From Anthoceros angustus (lineage: Eukaryota; Plantae; Anthocerotophyta): DNA of 64,000 bases. The stretch is taken from assembly GCA_010909165.1 (NCBI GenBank), contig VJWM01000068.1, forward strand, positions 372,001 through 436,000. Direction: 5' to 3'. Below the pieces are notes generated by a model. The model was not told the origin of the DNA and searched no databases. It saw only the letters and a program-made list of their open reading frames with translations. The position numbers and the translations under genes were made by a program. Within the stretch, counting starts at the first letter, position 1. Every line of letters begins with the position of its first letter. Of this stretch, positions 1 through 11,500 are shown piece after piece.

Positions 1-1456
1 TGAATATAATCAAGGCGGTCCCACATGTCCTTGGAGGAATCGGCGAAACTTGGCGAACCATGGATTGAAGTCCACTCACTAGAATATCTTGGGCCTTGAT
101 CCTTATTGTCCCATTCTTCTATAGAGTCGAATCCCACATGGACGATCATTGGAACCACTCACTATATCCCATAGTTCACGCCGCAATACTCCTTTCATGC
201 GAATACTCCATACATCATATCCTTTTCCATTGAATCTATCCTTTTCCTTAAAGCTATCTCCATGAACCACGCTGACGTCTTTGGATCATGTTTGAATTTT
301 CTTCTTTAGCCTTTTGGCTTCCCAACTCTTCTTCTCATCTTCAAGCCATTTGGCCTTCTGCTCCTCTAGCCACTGCTTTTTAACTTTTTCAAGTTGATTA
401 ATATCGAGTCGTCAACATTTACTCAGCCATCGCAGTGAGTTCAAAATAGATTAATTTGTCCGATAGGCACTTGGTTTCGATCGCGGTGAGAAGGACATGC
501 ATTCGAGCAAATCATCTTGGCCAGCTATATTTACGGAATATCTGTCTCATCATCAAAATCGAATCTCCTTTGGGAAGGAGCCTATCTAGATGATCTCGAA
601 TATTGCTAATTTCTTGTTGCAAAAGGCAAAATTAGAATGATTGGATTTTTGGGTAAGTCTAATGTTACTCTTTATGCAACCAAGAGTTTCTAGCAAATTA
701 TTCAAGCCGGAAATGAAGGGCCAGCAACCAAGTTAGGAATATGTTGAAGAGCTAATTGGATTGCGTAAACTTGCAATAAATCAAAGAGGTAAGTAGGTCT
801 CTAGCAAGTCTAATCAAATTCCCTTGATCCGGTGACTTAATCAAAATAGATCCAATGAAATTAGCAACTTGTTTAGAGACTACTTCAAGCTCTTCTGCCC
901 ATGCACTTTGTTGTTTTGTGGTCCTTCGTCGCTTCTCTTGCCTTGCGCCTTGATCTTTCCAAACTCCTTGTTTAGTGGGATTTGGAGAATCCATGGTAAG
1001 GGCAAGGATTTGATGCACAAATTGTGCATCCTTAAAGCATGATGCCGAGCTTGATCCATTTGCCAAAGGCGAGATCTCCACGCATAGAAGTTCCATTTAA
1101 AGATCTAATTGGAAAGGAAGCATAGGAGAATGGATGCCTTAGGAGGAAATAGGAAAGTAGCTCTAGCATCAAGAGCAAAGCTCGATACCATGATGAAAAT
1201 CATGCTAAGCTCTAGCATAAAAGATGCTTGCATTACAATGAATATAAGAAAGTACAAAGCCTATTTATAGGCAAGGTGGTTAGGTGGTTAAGTGGTTACA
1301 ACCATAAGTTGTTGTAACCACTAGGTAGTTGCAACTAATATAACAACTAACTACCTAGAGCAACTAATTAAGTAACTACTTAATGCCCTAGATATATATT
1401 AATGTTTAAGTAAGGTGCCCTAATGAATAGTGCCCTAACCTAGATATATTTCATCA
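1..1456 (-). mobile_element. 5' end of an LTR retroelement on the minus strand (LTR 1191-1456, PBS 1180-1190); body runs off the left edge
   Basis: 266-bp segment bounded by inverted termini tgatgaaa..tttcatca (TG..CA). Immediately adjacent is gctcgatacca, the reverse complement of TGGTATCGAGC, a tRNA-iMet PBS-like sequence. No pol motifs recognised in 1-1180. Confidence 0.75.
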
Positions 1457-2139
1457 AAGCCATGTCTTATACACCCCTCAAGCAACCATGAAGACATTTA
1501 GCAGGAAGCTACTTAGAGAGGTTTGGCAGGATCGGATGAGCCCAAAGATATTGCCCCTCTCATTGAGGCAGAATGAGTAGCGCTTGATGAAACTCCACCC
1601 TTGAATGTTAAGAAGGGCTCACTCAACTTATTGGTAGGAACGAGTGGAAACAAGATAAAACGCCGGCTGCTGCCACGAGAAGATTGAACATGCTTTGGGT
1701 ATGTGCTTCTCCATGTTTGCAGATTGTAGAGTTCATATCTCTATTTAGTAGTGTTGGATGATGACCAACGATTGTTCAGTTGTACCCACAGCTATGCTTG
1801 GAACTACTGGGTTGTGCTCACAAATGTCCTTGGAACCACTCAGTTGTGATCACATATGTGCGTAACTGGAACTACTATGTTGTGTTGGGTTCTGCCTACT
1901 ATTGTGTGAGACCTGGCTGGAATTAATTTGCTTTTGCTCTCTTTAAGGACAGTGTCCTGCATAGAACAGAGGTCACGGTTTCGGGGTCCAATATTACTTG
2001 ACTTATTGATTCACTATAGTCCTACTCATAATCAAGATGTGTTTCAAATTATAACAAAATTTGAGTTTTAAAAGGGAATATAATTTCTTCTTGTTCTGGA
2101 GTATCGGTGAGAGGAATAATTGAAGCGCGAGCTCGACTA

Positions 2140-2545
2140 GGCAAGGCAGGGCGGGCCGCAACTTGTGCGGTTTTTGGTGCCCATGTGCGATATTTGGTCG
2201 CCGGCAGTCATGTCTCGAGAGGTTCGAAGCGGCCTTGCGGGCCAATGGTGATGGCTCTGTCGGCCTTTGGCAAGTCTGCCCTTGTGTTTGTGGGCGCAGA
2301 GGAGAACTGCTGTCCACCCACAAACTCAAGGGCCAAGCCCAAAGCTGTGCAACCGAGCCCCAAGATGTAGGGCGCACATGTGGGGGATGCCGGTGTCTAC
2401 CCACAAAGATAAGGGCCAAGCCCGGAGTTGTGGGACCAAGGCCCAAGATGCAGGGCATGCAAGTAGGGGATACTGTTGTTCACCAACAAAGACAAGGGCC
2501 TGGCTTGGAGCTATGGGACCAAGCCCCAAGATATAGGTGCGCATG
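2140..2545. repeat. Foldback/MITE-like array of ~80-bp units in direct and inverted orientation
   Basis: Unit 'agggccaagccc...cccaagatg(t/c)aggg' recurs at about 2330, 2412 and 2495. The stem cccttgtgtttgtggg / cccacaaactcaaggg lies at about 2279-2331. Confidence 0.5.
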
Positions 2546-2981
2546 TGATGGAGTGAGGGCTATTAAAGTTAGCCTTGGTATCCTAAATCCAGGTCTAAAC
2601 CTCTATTACCATGGCTTGTGTGTCGGGAGCACCGAGGCAAAACAATGTTATAGCCATCTGATATACAGGGAATACAAGACTCAACACTACCTTACCAACC
2701 AGGAATCGTTAGACACGATGTCACCAATCGATGGCCAAATTTCGACGTTGGGACTACCAGCTGCAAGTTGTAATTCACAAGAAACACAAGGTATGTGTAC
2801 AACGCATTTGCCAGTAATGCCCCGTGAGTGAAGTGGAGGATGAGGAACATTTTATCTTCACATGCGCTACATTCCAAGATCAAATACCCAAGCTTTCCCA
2901 GATCTATTACAACGCCACTTCCTAAAGCAAGTAATGCAAAAAGCTGCCAAGAACTTTGCATGCTACCTCGAAGCCACATAC

Positions 2982-4698
2982 GCAATCGGGGCAAAATACA
3001 AATAAGAAGTAGATTAAGTCCTTACATGTTTAAAAATAAAAACCTTTTGGGTCGGCCGCCGTCACGACGGGGCGTGCCGGGTTCCCTCGTTCCCGCGCTG
3101 CAATGATCTTTTATGTACGAAAGTATCCGCATATATTTTTAAATAATATATATATTGAAATATTTTGTTTTCGTCTAATGACGTGCATAAAAAAAAACCC
3201 GCCTCGGCTATATCAACTACGGTAATGGTAACAGTTCACTACCGAATCGGTACTGCATTCGACAAAAAAGAAATACTTTGTTTTGTGTAATGACGTGCAT
3301 CAAGAAAAACCATAAGGCACCCCGGCTATATCAACTACGGTAATGGTAACAGTTCACTACCGAATCGGTACTGCACTCCCAAACGGCAGGCACGCAGGTT
3401 TCGGTTCATGCCCGACCAGGGTGCCGTAAACCTAGGTCAGCCCGGTTATACGATCAGCTGCCCTAATCGCGAGGAGAGAAGAATGAGCCCGCCTCGGCAC
3501 AGCACAACAGAGCACTGCACTGCATTGGACAGCGCACACCAGAGCACTGGTGGATGGAAAGCGCATCTTATGGCAAAGCATAGGAGAGGAGCGCGAGGTA
3601 TCTAGAAGCAGGCACGCAGGGTGGCCGAGGCTGTCGACCAGCAGAAGACGGAAAGGAGCGAGAGCGTGAAGGAGCCTGGCGACTTGGTTATTTATTCGGG
3701 TCGCCTGCCTCTTTCGCAGACCAGTAGAGTCACGACTGTGGTCTTCGTCCCCCTGCGTCGGAAAGGGAGCGGCGAGGATGGGAAGAGGAGGCTGTGCAGC
3801 CGCGCCGGCATCGTAGCTCAGCTGGGGGATGCGCCCCCAGGCGAGGACATGTTTGCCCACTCACATGGGGGTCGACGAACGAGATCATCAGCTGGCAGGC
3901 TCGGCGGCAGCAGTGGATTTGAGCAGCAGGAATCCCGCACCCTGGAGGCCGGCGGCCAGAGCCGGGGCAGGGGCCGGAGTCGGAGCAGATCTGTGGGGAA
4001 TCGGCACGCGGACTCGGAGTCGGACTCGGACCCGGGACAGGAATGCAGCGCCGGTAGCAGCAGCGAGGGGGAAGGTGCGGAGGAGCATCTTGAGGGGCTG
4101 AATTGGGGTGGCGACTTCCGGGCGTGGGACTTGGCCGTGCAGGCCCACGGCTCGCTCAGGCAGTTCGAGGGCGATGCCGCGGCGTTTCCGGGCATACCGG
4201 GGGAGGGCGGGCCGCTGTCACTGCAGGAGCCGAGGCGCCCTGCCTCGTCTGCGACGATTGCGAACGGAGCTGGCACCTGACTTGCTTGAAGAGGAAAGCG
4301 CCTAGTTTGGAATTTCTGGAGGAATGGCTGTGTCCTTCATGCGAGGGCGTGGTGAAGCCGGGGCGGAAGCTGCTTGGGGTGGTGCCCGTGCATGCCAGGC
4401 TGGGGGGCGGGGTGAATGTGGTGCTTAAGGGGCAGGCTGGCTGGGGAGGCTCGGTCGGTGTCAAGGTGGAGGGCAAGGCGGAAGTGGGGATGGGTGTGCT
4501 GGGCGGCGTGAAGGAGGAGGTTGTGCGGGAAGTCGCAAGGCAAGTGCATGTTGGGTGGGTTTGGATTTTGTTGGGGCGGGCTTGGCGGGGAGGCTGACGT
4601 GTTTGTGGGTTTTGCAGGGGTGAGGAGGAGGTGGATGAGTTCGATCGGAAACCGGGGGATGCGAGGAGATGTGAAGTCGGAAGTGGACACATTCTCCT
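2982..4698 (+). repeat. Tandem ~1.7-kb copy of the MBD9 promoter, exon 1 and intron 1 (second copy 4699-~6430)
   Basis: Near-identical to 4699-6430, with the junction at ...attctcct|gcaatcagggcaaaatac. Differences are mainly small indels. Each copy contains an internal ~120-bp direct repeat (tgacgtgcat...ggctatatcaactacggtaatgg...ggtactgca). Confidence 0.9.
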
Positions 4699-5556
4699 GC
4701 AATCAGGGCAAAATACAAATAAGTAGATTAAGTCCTTACATGTTTAAAAATAAAACCTTTTGGGTCGGCCGCCGTCACGGGGCGTGCCGGGTTCCCTCGT
4801 TCCCGCGCAATGATCTTTTATGTACGAAAGTATCCGCATATATTTTTAAATAATATATATATTGAAATATTTTGTTTTCGTCTAATGACGTGCATAAAAA
4901 AAAACCATAAAGCACCCCGGCTATATCAACTACGGTAATGGTAACAGTTCACTACCGAATCGGTACTGCATTCGACAAAAAAGAAATACTTTGTTTTTGT
5001 GTAATGACGTGCATCAAGAAAAACCATAAGGCACCCCGGCTATATCAACTACGGTAATGGTAACAGTTCACTACCGAATCGGTACTGCACTCCCAAACGG
5101 CAGGCACGCAGGTTTCCCGGTTCACATGCCCGACCAGGGTGCCGTAAACCTAGGTCAGCCCGGTTATACGATCAGCTGCCCTAATCGCGAGGAGAGAAGA
5201 ATGAGCCCGCCTCGGCACAGCACAACAGAGCACTGCACTGCATTGGACAGCGCACACCAGAGCACTGGTGGATGGAAAGCGCATCTTATGGCAAAGCATA
5301 GGAGAGGAGCGCGAGGTATCTAGAAGCAGGCACGCAGGGTGGCCGAGGCTGTCGACCAGCAGAAGACGGAAAGGAGCGAGAGCGTGAAGGAGCCTGGCGA
5401 CTTGGTTATTTATTCGGGTCGCCCTGCCGCAGACCAGTAGAGTCACGACTGTGGTCTTCGTCCCCTGCGTCGGAAAGGGAGCGGCGAGGATGGGAAGAGG
5501 AGGCTGTGCAGCCGCGCGGCATCGTAGCTCAGCTGGGATGCGCCCCAGGCGAGGAC

Positions 5557-8500
5557 ATGTTTGCCCACTCACATGGGGGTCGACGAACGAGATCATCAGC
5601 TGGCAGGCTCGGCGGCAGCAGTGGATTTGAGCAGCAGGAATCCCGCACCCTGGAGGCCGGCGGCCAGAGCCGGGGCAGGGGCCGGAGTCGGAGCAGATCT
5701 GTGGGGAATCGGCACGCGGACTCGGAGTCGGACTCGGACCCGGGACAGGAATGCAGCGCCGGTAGCAGCAGCGAGGGGGAGGGTGCGGAGGAGCATCTTG
5801 AGGGGCTGAATTGGGGTGGCGACTTCCGGGCGTGGGACTTGGCCGTGCAGGCCCACGGCTCGCTCAGGCAGTTCGAGGGCGATGCCGCGGCGTTTCCGGG
5901 GCATACCGGGGGGGAGGGCGGGCCGTGCTGTCACTGCGGGGAGCCCGAGGGCGCCGGGCCCTGCCTCGTCTGCGACGATTGCGAACGGAGCTGGCACCTG
6001 ACTTGCTTGAAGAGGAAAGCGCCTAGTTTGGAATTTCTGGAGGAATGGCTGTGTCCTTCATGCGAGGGCGTGGTGAAGCCGGGGCGGAAGCTGCTTGGGG
6101 TGGTGCCCGTGCATGCCAGGCTGGGGGGCGGGGTGAATGTGGTGCTTAAGGGGCAGGCTGGCTGGGGGCAGGGGAGGTGCGGGGTGGAAGGGGAGGGGGG
6201 GAGGGGGGGGTGAGGGAGGTGCGGCGGGTGGGGGGGTTGGGTGCAGGTGGATTTTGTTGGGGCAAGTGCTTGGCGGTAGTGGGGATGGGTTTTGTTGGGG
6301 CGGGCTTGGCGGGAGGCTGACGTGTTTGTGGGTTTTGCAGGGGTGAGGAGGAGGTGGATGAGTTCGATCGGAAACCGGGGGGGGATGCGAGTAGGATAGT
6401 TATGAAGTCGGAAGTGGACACATTCTCTCCCTGTCACGGGCCCGTGAGGGAAGGGTCTCCAGTGGATAGGAATTCGCTTGATGTGGTGACGATCGATGGT
6501 GGGTCTAGTGGCGGTGGGACCGAGTCAGGGACAGGCATGCATGGCTACAGTCGGAAGAGGAAGGACGTGGTTATGGATGCGCGGTCTGCTCTGGCGCTTG
6601 AGCAGCTCAAAGAGTTCCTTGCTGACAAGAACGTGTGCCTTGACGGCTGGACCGCTTTGGTGAAGGACAGGTTGAAGGCGGATGGCAGGGTTGGCAGCGT
6701 TCGCCATTTTTACTTCTCGCCCCAGCCGGAGAGAAGGCGGTTCCACTCGAAGCTGGAGGTCGCCAGGTACTTCGACGGTTTAGAGGCACAGGGTGATTGC
6801 ACGCCCACGCCTAGGACTCGAGGAAGAGCCAGTAAAGCTGAGGTGTCGCCACGGGTGCAGGGTCAGGAACTTGCGCCACATCAGGCCGAGTTGGGCTACG
6901 CTGAAGTGATGCGTTTGGCTTTAGACAGGGACAGTGAAATGAACGAGAGCTTCGATAATGGGATTGGGCTCCTCAACGACGACTTGGACTTAATACATGT
7001 CGATCTATCGGATGACGCTGCGTTTCATGCGGACATTTGTTCAGACGAGTTCTTTGACTCAATTTTGCGGGAAGGTCTGGAAGATGATGGGCGGCAAGTA
7101 AATGTTAGTGATAGAGAGGCAGAGGCTATTCTGGAACTGCGGAAATACGTGGCTGAAAGAAATGGCGTGCTGGAAGATGGCTGGAGAGCTGATGTGACAA
7201 GTCGCCACAGGCGTGGAATGGCGACTTTGAAATATTTCTCGCCAGACCAGAAAGTGTTCAGATCATGTGCAGAAGTTGGCCGCCATCTGGGGCTTTTGGA
7301 TTCGGCTGCACAAGCAAAGGCTAGGAGGCTTTCGGGTGGCTCTGAGTCTGTTGACAAGGTCGCAATCATGGAGCAGCTGAGGAGTTTTATTGCTGAGAAG
7401 GATGGTACTTTGGAAGAAGGTTGGGTTGTAGAGCTAAAGAAGCGGGCTGGTAGTAATACTGTTGACAAGACTTTTGTGTCGCCTGACAACCATAAATTTC
7501 GCTCTCGACTTGAGGTCGCCAGGTTTCTTGGTTTGGATACGAGTAAGAACAGGAGCCAGAGCAGTTTTGATAAGGTGGGTTTTCCCTTTCGTTTAATTTG
7601 ATAAATTTTGTCGATTAGAGAATTGTCTCTGACTGTCTATGGCCCAATATCTGTGTTTCAGTCAAAACTGGAACAGCCAGTTTCATGTGGGAAGCCTTGT
7701 ATTGCATCATCTCTCGACAAACTTGAGACAGCAGTGGCGGGTGACAATGGCTGTGCTACTTCTCCTGTGGTGCATTGGTCCACCTGGCATGATGCCAGCA
7801 CAGGATCCCTTTGCATCAGTGAAATTTTAGACGTGGGCCATGCTTGTTCTGCTTTCCGAATGACTAGACGATCCTGCTCCATGTTGTTAGGTGAGTTTCT
7901 CTCTTGTGAAGCCTCGTTTTCATTCTGTATCTTGTCAGGGGCTAATGTGGGCAGAACTGTCTGCAAGATGGCCGACGCGCTTTAGTGTTTTTCATGTTTT
8001 AAATCTGATCACTCTGTACTGCAGGCAGGCAGGATGATCTTGGTAGATGTCCCATTGGGCAAGGGCACACTGTGAGGCGGTCAGATGTGGAGTTGGACCT
8101 GAACAGTGACATGGGCGAGTTTGCAGTTGAAGCTAACTCTCCATCAGAAGCGTGGAAAAGGTTTGCAGAACGATTTGTCCAATGGTTGAGCTCACATTCA
8201 GACGTTTCATACAGTAAACACCCACCATCAGTGATGTCAATGGCTCTTCTTCTTGGCCGGGATAGCTCGAGTGAAGACGAGGCAATCCTGTGTCCCAGTA
8301 ATGTGGAGGTGGATCTGGACTTCGAAACACGTTGTTCCAGATTGTTGGAAAGATTGGCACAGGGTCATTTTGGTCTCGGGAAGGAAAGTGTGCAAAGTCC
8401 TCTGCAGTTGTCGCTTCCAGGTGCAGAGGTATGCAAGGATCTAGGGGAAAACGATACTGAACAGAAAGATGACTCCCAGGTAGCTGATGCACCTGCTGCT

Positions 8501-11500
8501 CTACCTCCAGAGGAGGTGGGGTCCATGGAGGTGATGGTAGAGGGTTCTCGATCTCCAGAAGAAGAGGGGTGCCTCGTGGAGGAGAAGCTTTCCGAGCCTT
8601 CTGAGAAGTTGGTAGCAGTCGAAGATAGTCAAGAGACCCATGACGGTGGAGAAGCAGCTGTTGATAGTCCTCTGCATCAACACAAGCACAATCGGCCGGC
8701 GGGCCTCCAATTTGGGGCAAAGCTTCCGTCTCATCTTATCAGTGATGTCCTTCAGGTGGATACTTTGCTTGTGACCGTGAATATTTCCAACATTTTGTTA
8801 TCAAAGCTGTGGCATTCTCCTTTACAGTGTTTTTCCGAAGGTACTAGTGTGTCTATTGCTACAGCATTGTACCGGTCGGAAAGGTTTCAGTTTTACAGGT
8901 TAATGGTTGATCACCTGCTGTTGTTTGATGCCCTGTTTACAGATATGGGAGTTCCTCTGTAGATTTTGCGACGTTGTGGGGATGCAGCTGCCTCCTTTCA
9001 ATGACTTCGAAGATGCACTTGTTGACCAATGGGAAGCCACAGAAGTCACTGCGGAGCAAGCCCAGCCTGCCTCCTCACAACCTGTTGGGCAAAACGACAG
9101 TGCAGCTTTGCGGTACCCAGGAAACTCGAAAGGTGAGAAACAGAGCCTGGTTGGACCAACCAAAGGCCTGCTACAGATAGCAAGTCGTGGTATGACAGTC
9201 CTAGCCAACATTCACATTCCGTTGATCAGGCTTCTCATATTCGATATGAAGCAGAAGATTCTTGGAATTCAGAGCCTGGATTTTGAGGAACTCAAGCCCA
9301 AACCAGGCAACAAAAAATCTCCTGAGGATGAGCCTTTGGCTGAGTCTGAGAGAGAGTTCTGCCTACCCTTGAATGTGATCACCTGGCCAGATGTTGCCTA
9401 TCGGTACATCCTTGCTCTCATAGCTCTGAAAAAGGAGGATGATGATCTGGAGAGGCGGAATCTGCAGTATTCAAGAATTTCTCGGCTTATTCAAGGGGAT
9501 GGTGGAGTTTTGTATGGGGGATTAGATGGCATGGCAGGTGCTGAAGCAGATGCACAGGTTTGTCTGTTTCACCCTTGGACGGCCATGAAGTAGCACTGTC
9601 CTTTTTGTCTGCAAGTCAATTGTCTGATTGTCATGAATGTGTTCAGCTTCTGGGCAATGTAGAGAGAGCGTTGTGGAAAGGCTCGTCTCCCAGTGGAGGG
9701 GATCCGGCTGATCCTACTGCTAGCATTAAGGCTCTCGAAGACAGTGGGAGAAAGAACACGGTTGAAGCCGTTGGTCAACAGCAGATGGCTGAGGAGCAGG
9801 AACGCTGGATAGAGGTTCTTGACCCTATTGCACACATCCCAACAAACACGGGGGCAAGGATCAGAAACAGAGTCCAGGAGGCCCTCAAGCTAGGACCTCC
9901 AGAATGGGCCAGGTCGATGCTGGAATGGTCTATTAGCAAAGAAGTTTTTAAAGGCAATGCTGCAGGACCAACAAAGGTGAGTGGCCTCTAGGCATATCTC
10001 ATTTGTTTCAGATTATGTCTTCTGTGTGTAGTGGGTGGTTGAGGTGTTCTATGATAGACGGACTCTGCTTTTATGTCTTTACGTAGTCTTCACTTAGTCG
10101 TCCTTGTTCGACCTGATGCAGCATGCTGTCCTCACAGTTCTAGCGAGGCTCCGTGGGGAAGAAGTGAAGCCAAGGAAGTGCAGGGTTCGGGTTCGGACTA
10201 CTGCTCCCTCGCCTGCCTTGATCACACAGCGCTGCCGCCTCGTGCTTCGTGAAGTTGCAGCTGCTGATACTTCCCGAGTTTTCTGCTTCCTTTATGGGAA
10301 TGGGCTGTTTGATGCCACTGACGGAGATGGGTCACTTAAAGCAGTCTCAGGGGTTGTAAGGCCCCTGGATTTGAGGACTATAGATTTGAGGTTGGAGGCT
10401 GGAGTTTATTTGCAGTCCCCTGAAGGATTTGCAGCTGACGTCCGACAGGTAGTGGTGCCTGCCATCATTTTTCTTTTGCCTTCTGGTGCCTTCTCTCAAG
10501 TTGTTGCACCACCTAGCCTTTCAGTCTCCTTCGTTCACTATAGCCTAGTGATGTGTTTTGCTCCGCAGATTTGGAAGAACGCAGAAGCAGTCTACAAAGA
10601 TGGCAGCAAAATGTTGCGACTCTCTCAAAAGCTGTCTGAACTCTTTGAGGATTTGTATGCTAAGCAGGTATGCAATGTCAGAACTGCCACTTGTGGCTTT
10701 ATCCATTGTCTTAGCATCTGTTAGGCACAGGTAATAGATGTTTGCAGATGCAGCTACTTTCATCCCAAATTGATTGATCACCTGGGCCCTTTGTGTTTGC
10801 AGGTTCTGAGTTTGTTGCATGGAGGTGCTTCACAGAAAAAGCGTAAGGATATGCCCGATGACGCTCCCAGTGCAGCTCAATACGAACTTGTGGACATTGG
10901 CAAAATATTAGGGGATTCTCTTGAGAAACCTGGAGCTCCCATATCAGTACCGGATGTTAACAACAATAAGTTGTCAGCTGAAAAGGCAGAAGGGGGCGAG
11001 CTTTCAAAAGCCCCATGGGATGACGAATCATGTAGAGTTTGTGGAGTTGATGCTGACTATGACAATGTACTGTTGTGTGATGGATGTGAGGCAGAGTATC
11101 ACACATACTGTCTAAGTCCTCCCTTGGCTAAAGTTCCAGAAGGGAAGTGGTTTTGCCCACAGTGTTTGGCGCTGGAGAACAGTTTCCCTGACAGACCTGA
11201 GGTGGAGGTCGGCATCAGTGAGGGTCAAGACAGTGGGGGCTATGTGGAGAGATCTTCAATTGAAAGGAGCCCACTCCATGCTTTAGCAGAAAGGATGGAA
11301 GGAAGAGAATACTGGCAGTTAAGCACTGCAGAAGTATGTCCCTCCTAACTTTTACCTGTATCAGTCTTTGTGCATTACTTATTTAATTCAGAGTATTGAC
11401 AATATTGTGTCTCTTTTGAATTTCCTCTGCAGATGGTGCTTTTGCTGAAAACCCTCTGTGATGAGGCCCTTCAAACGACACCGGTCAGGGCAAATCTGGA

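Noticed and set aside
6121-6310. Dense G-run block as a functional G-quadruplex
   Set aside because: The parallel copy at 4400-4600 has ordinary coding sequence here, so the G-runs are probably a consensus artefact.
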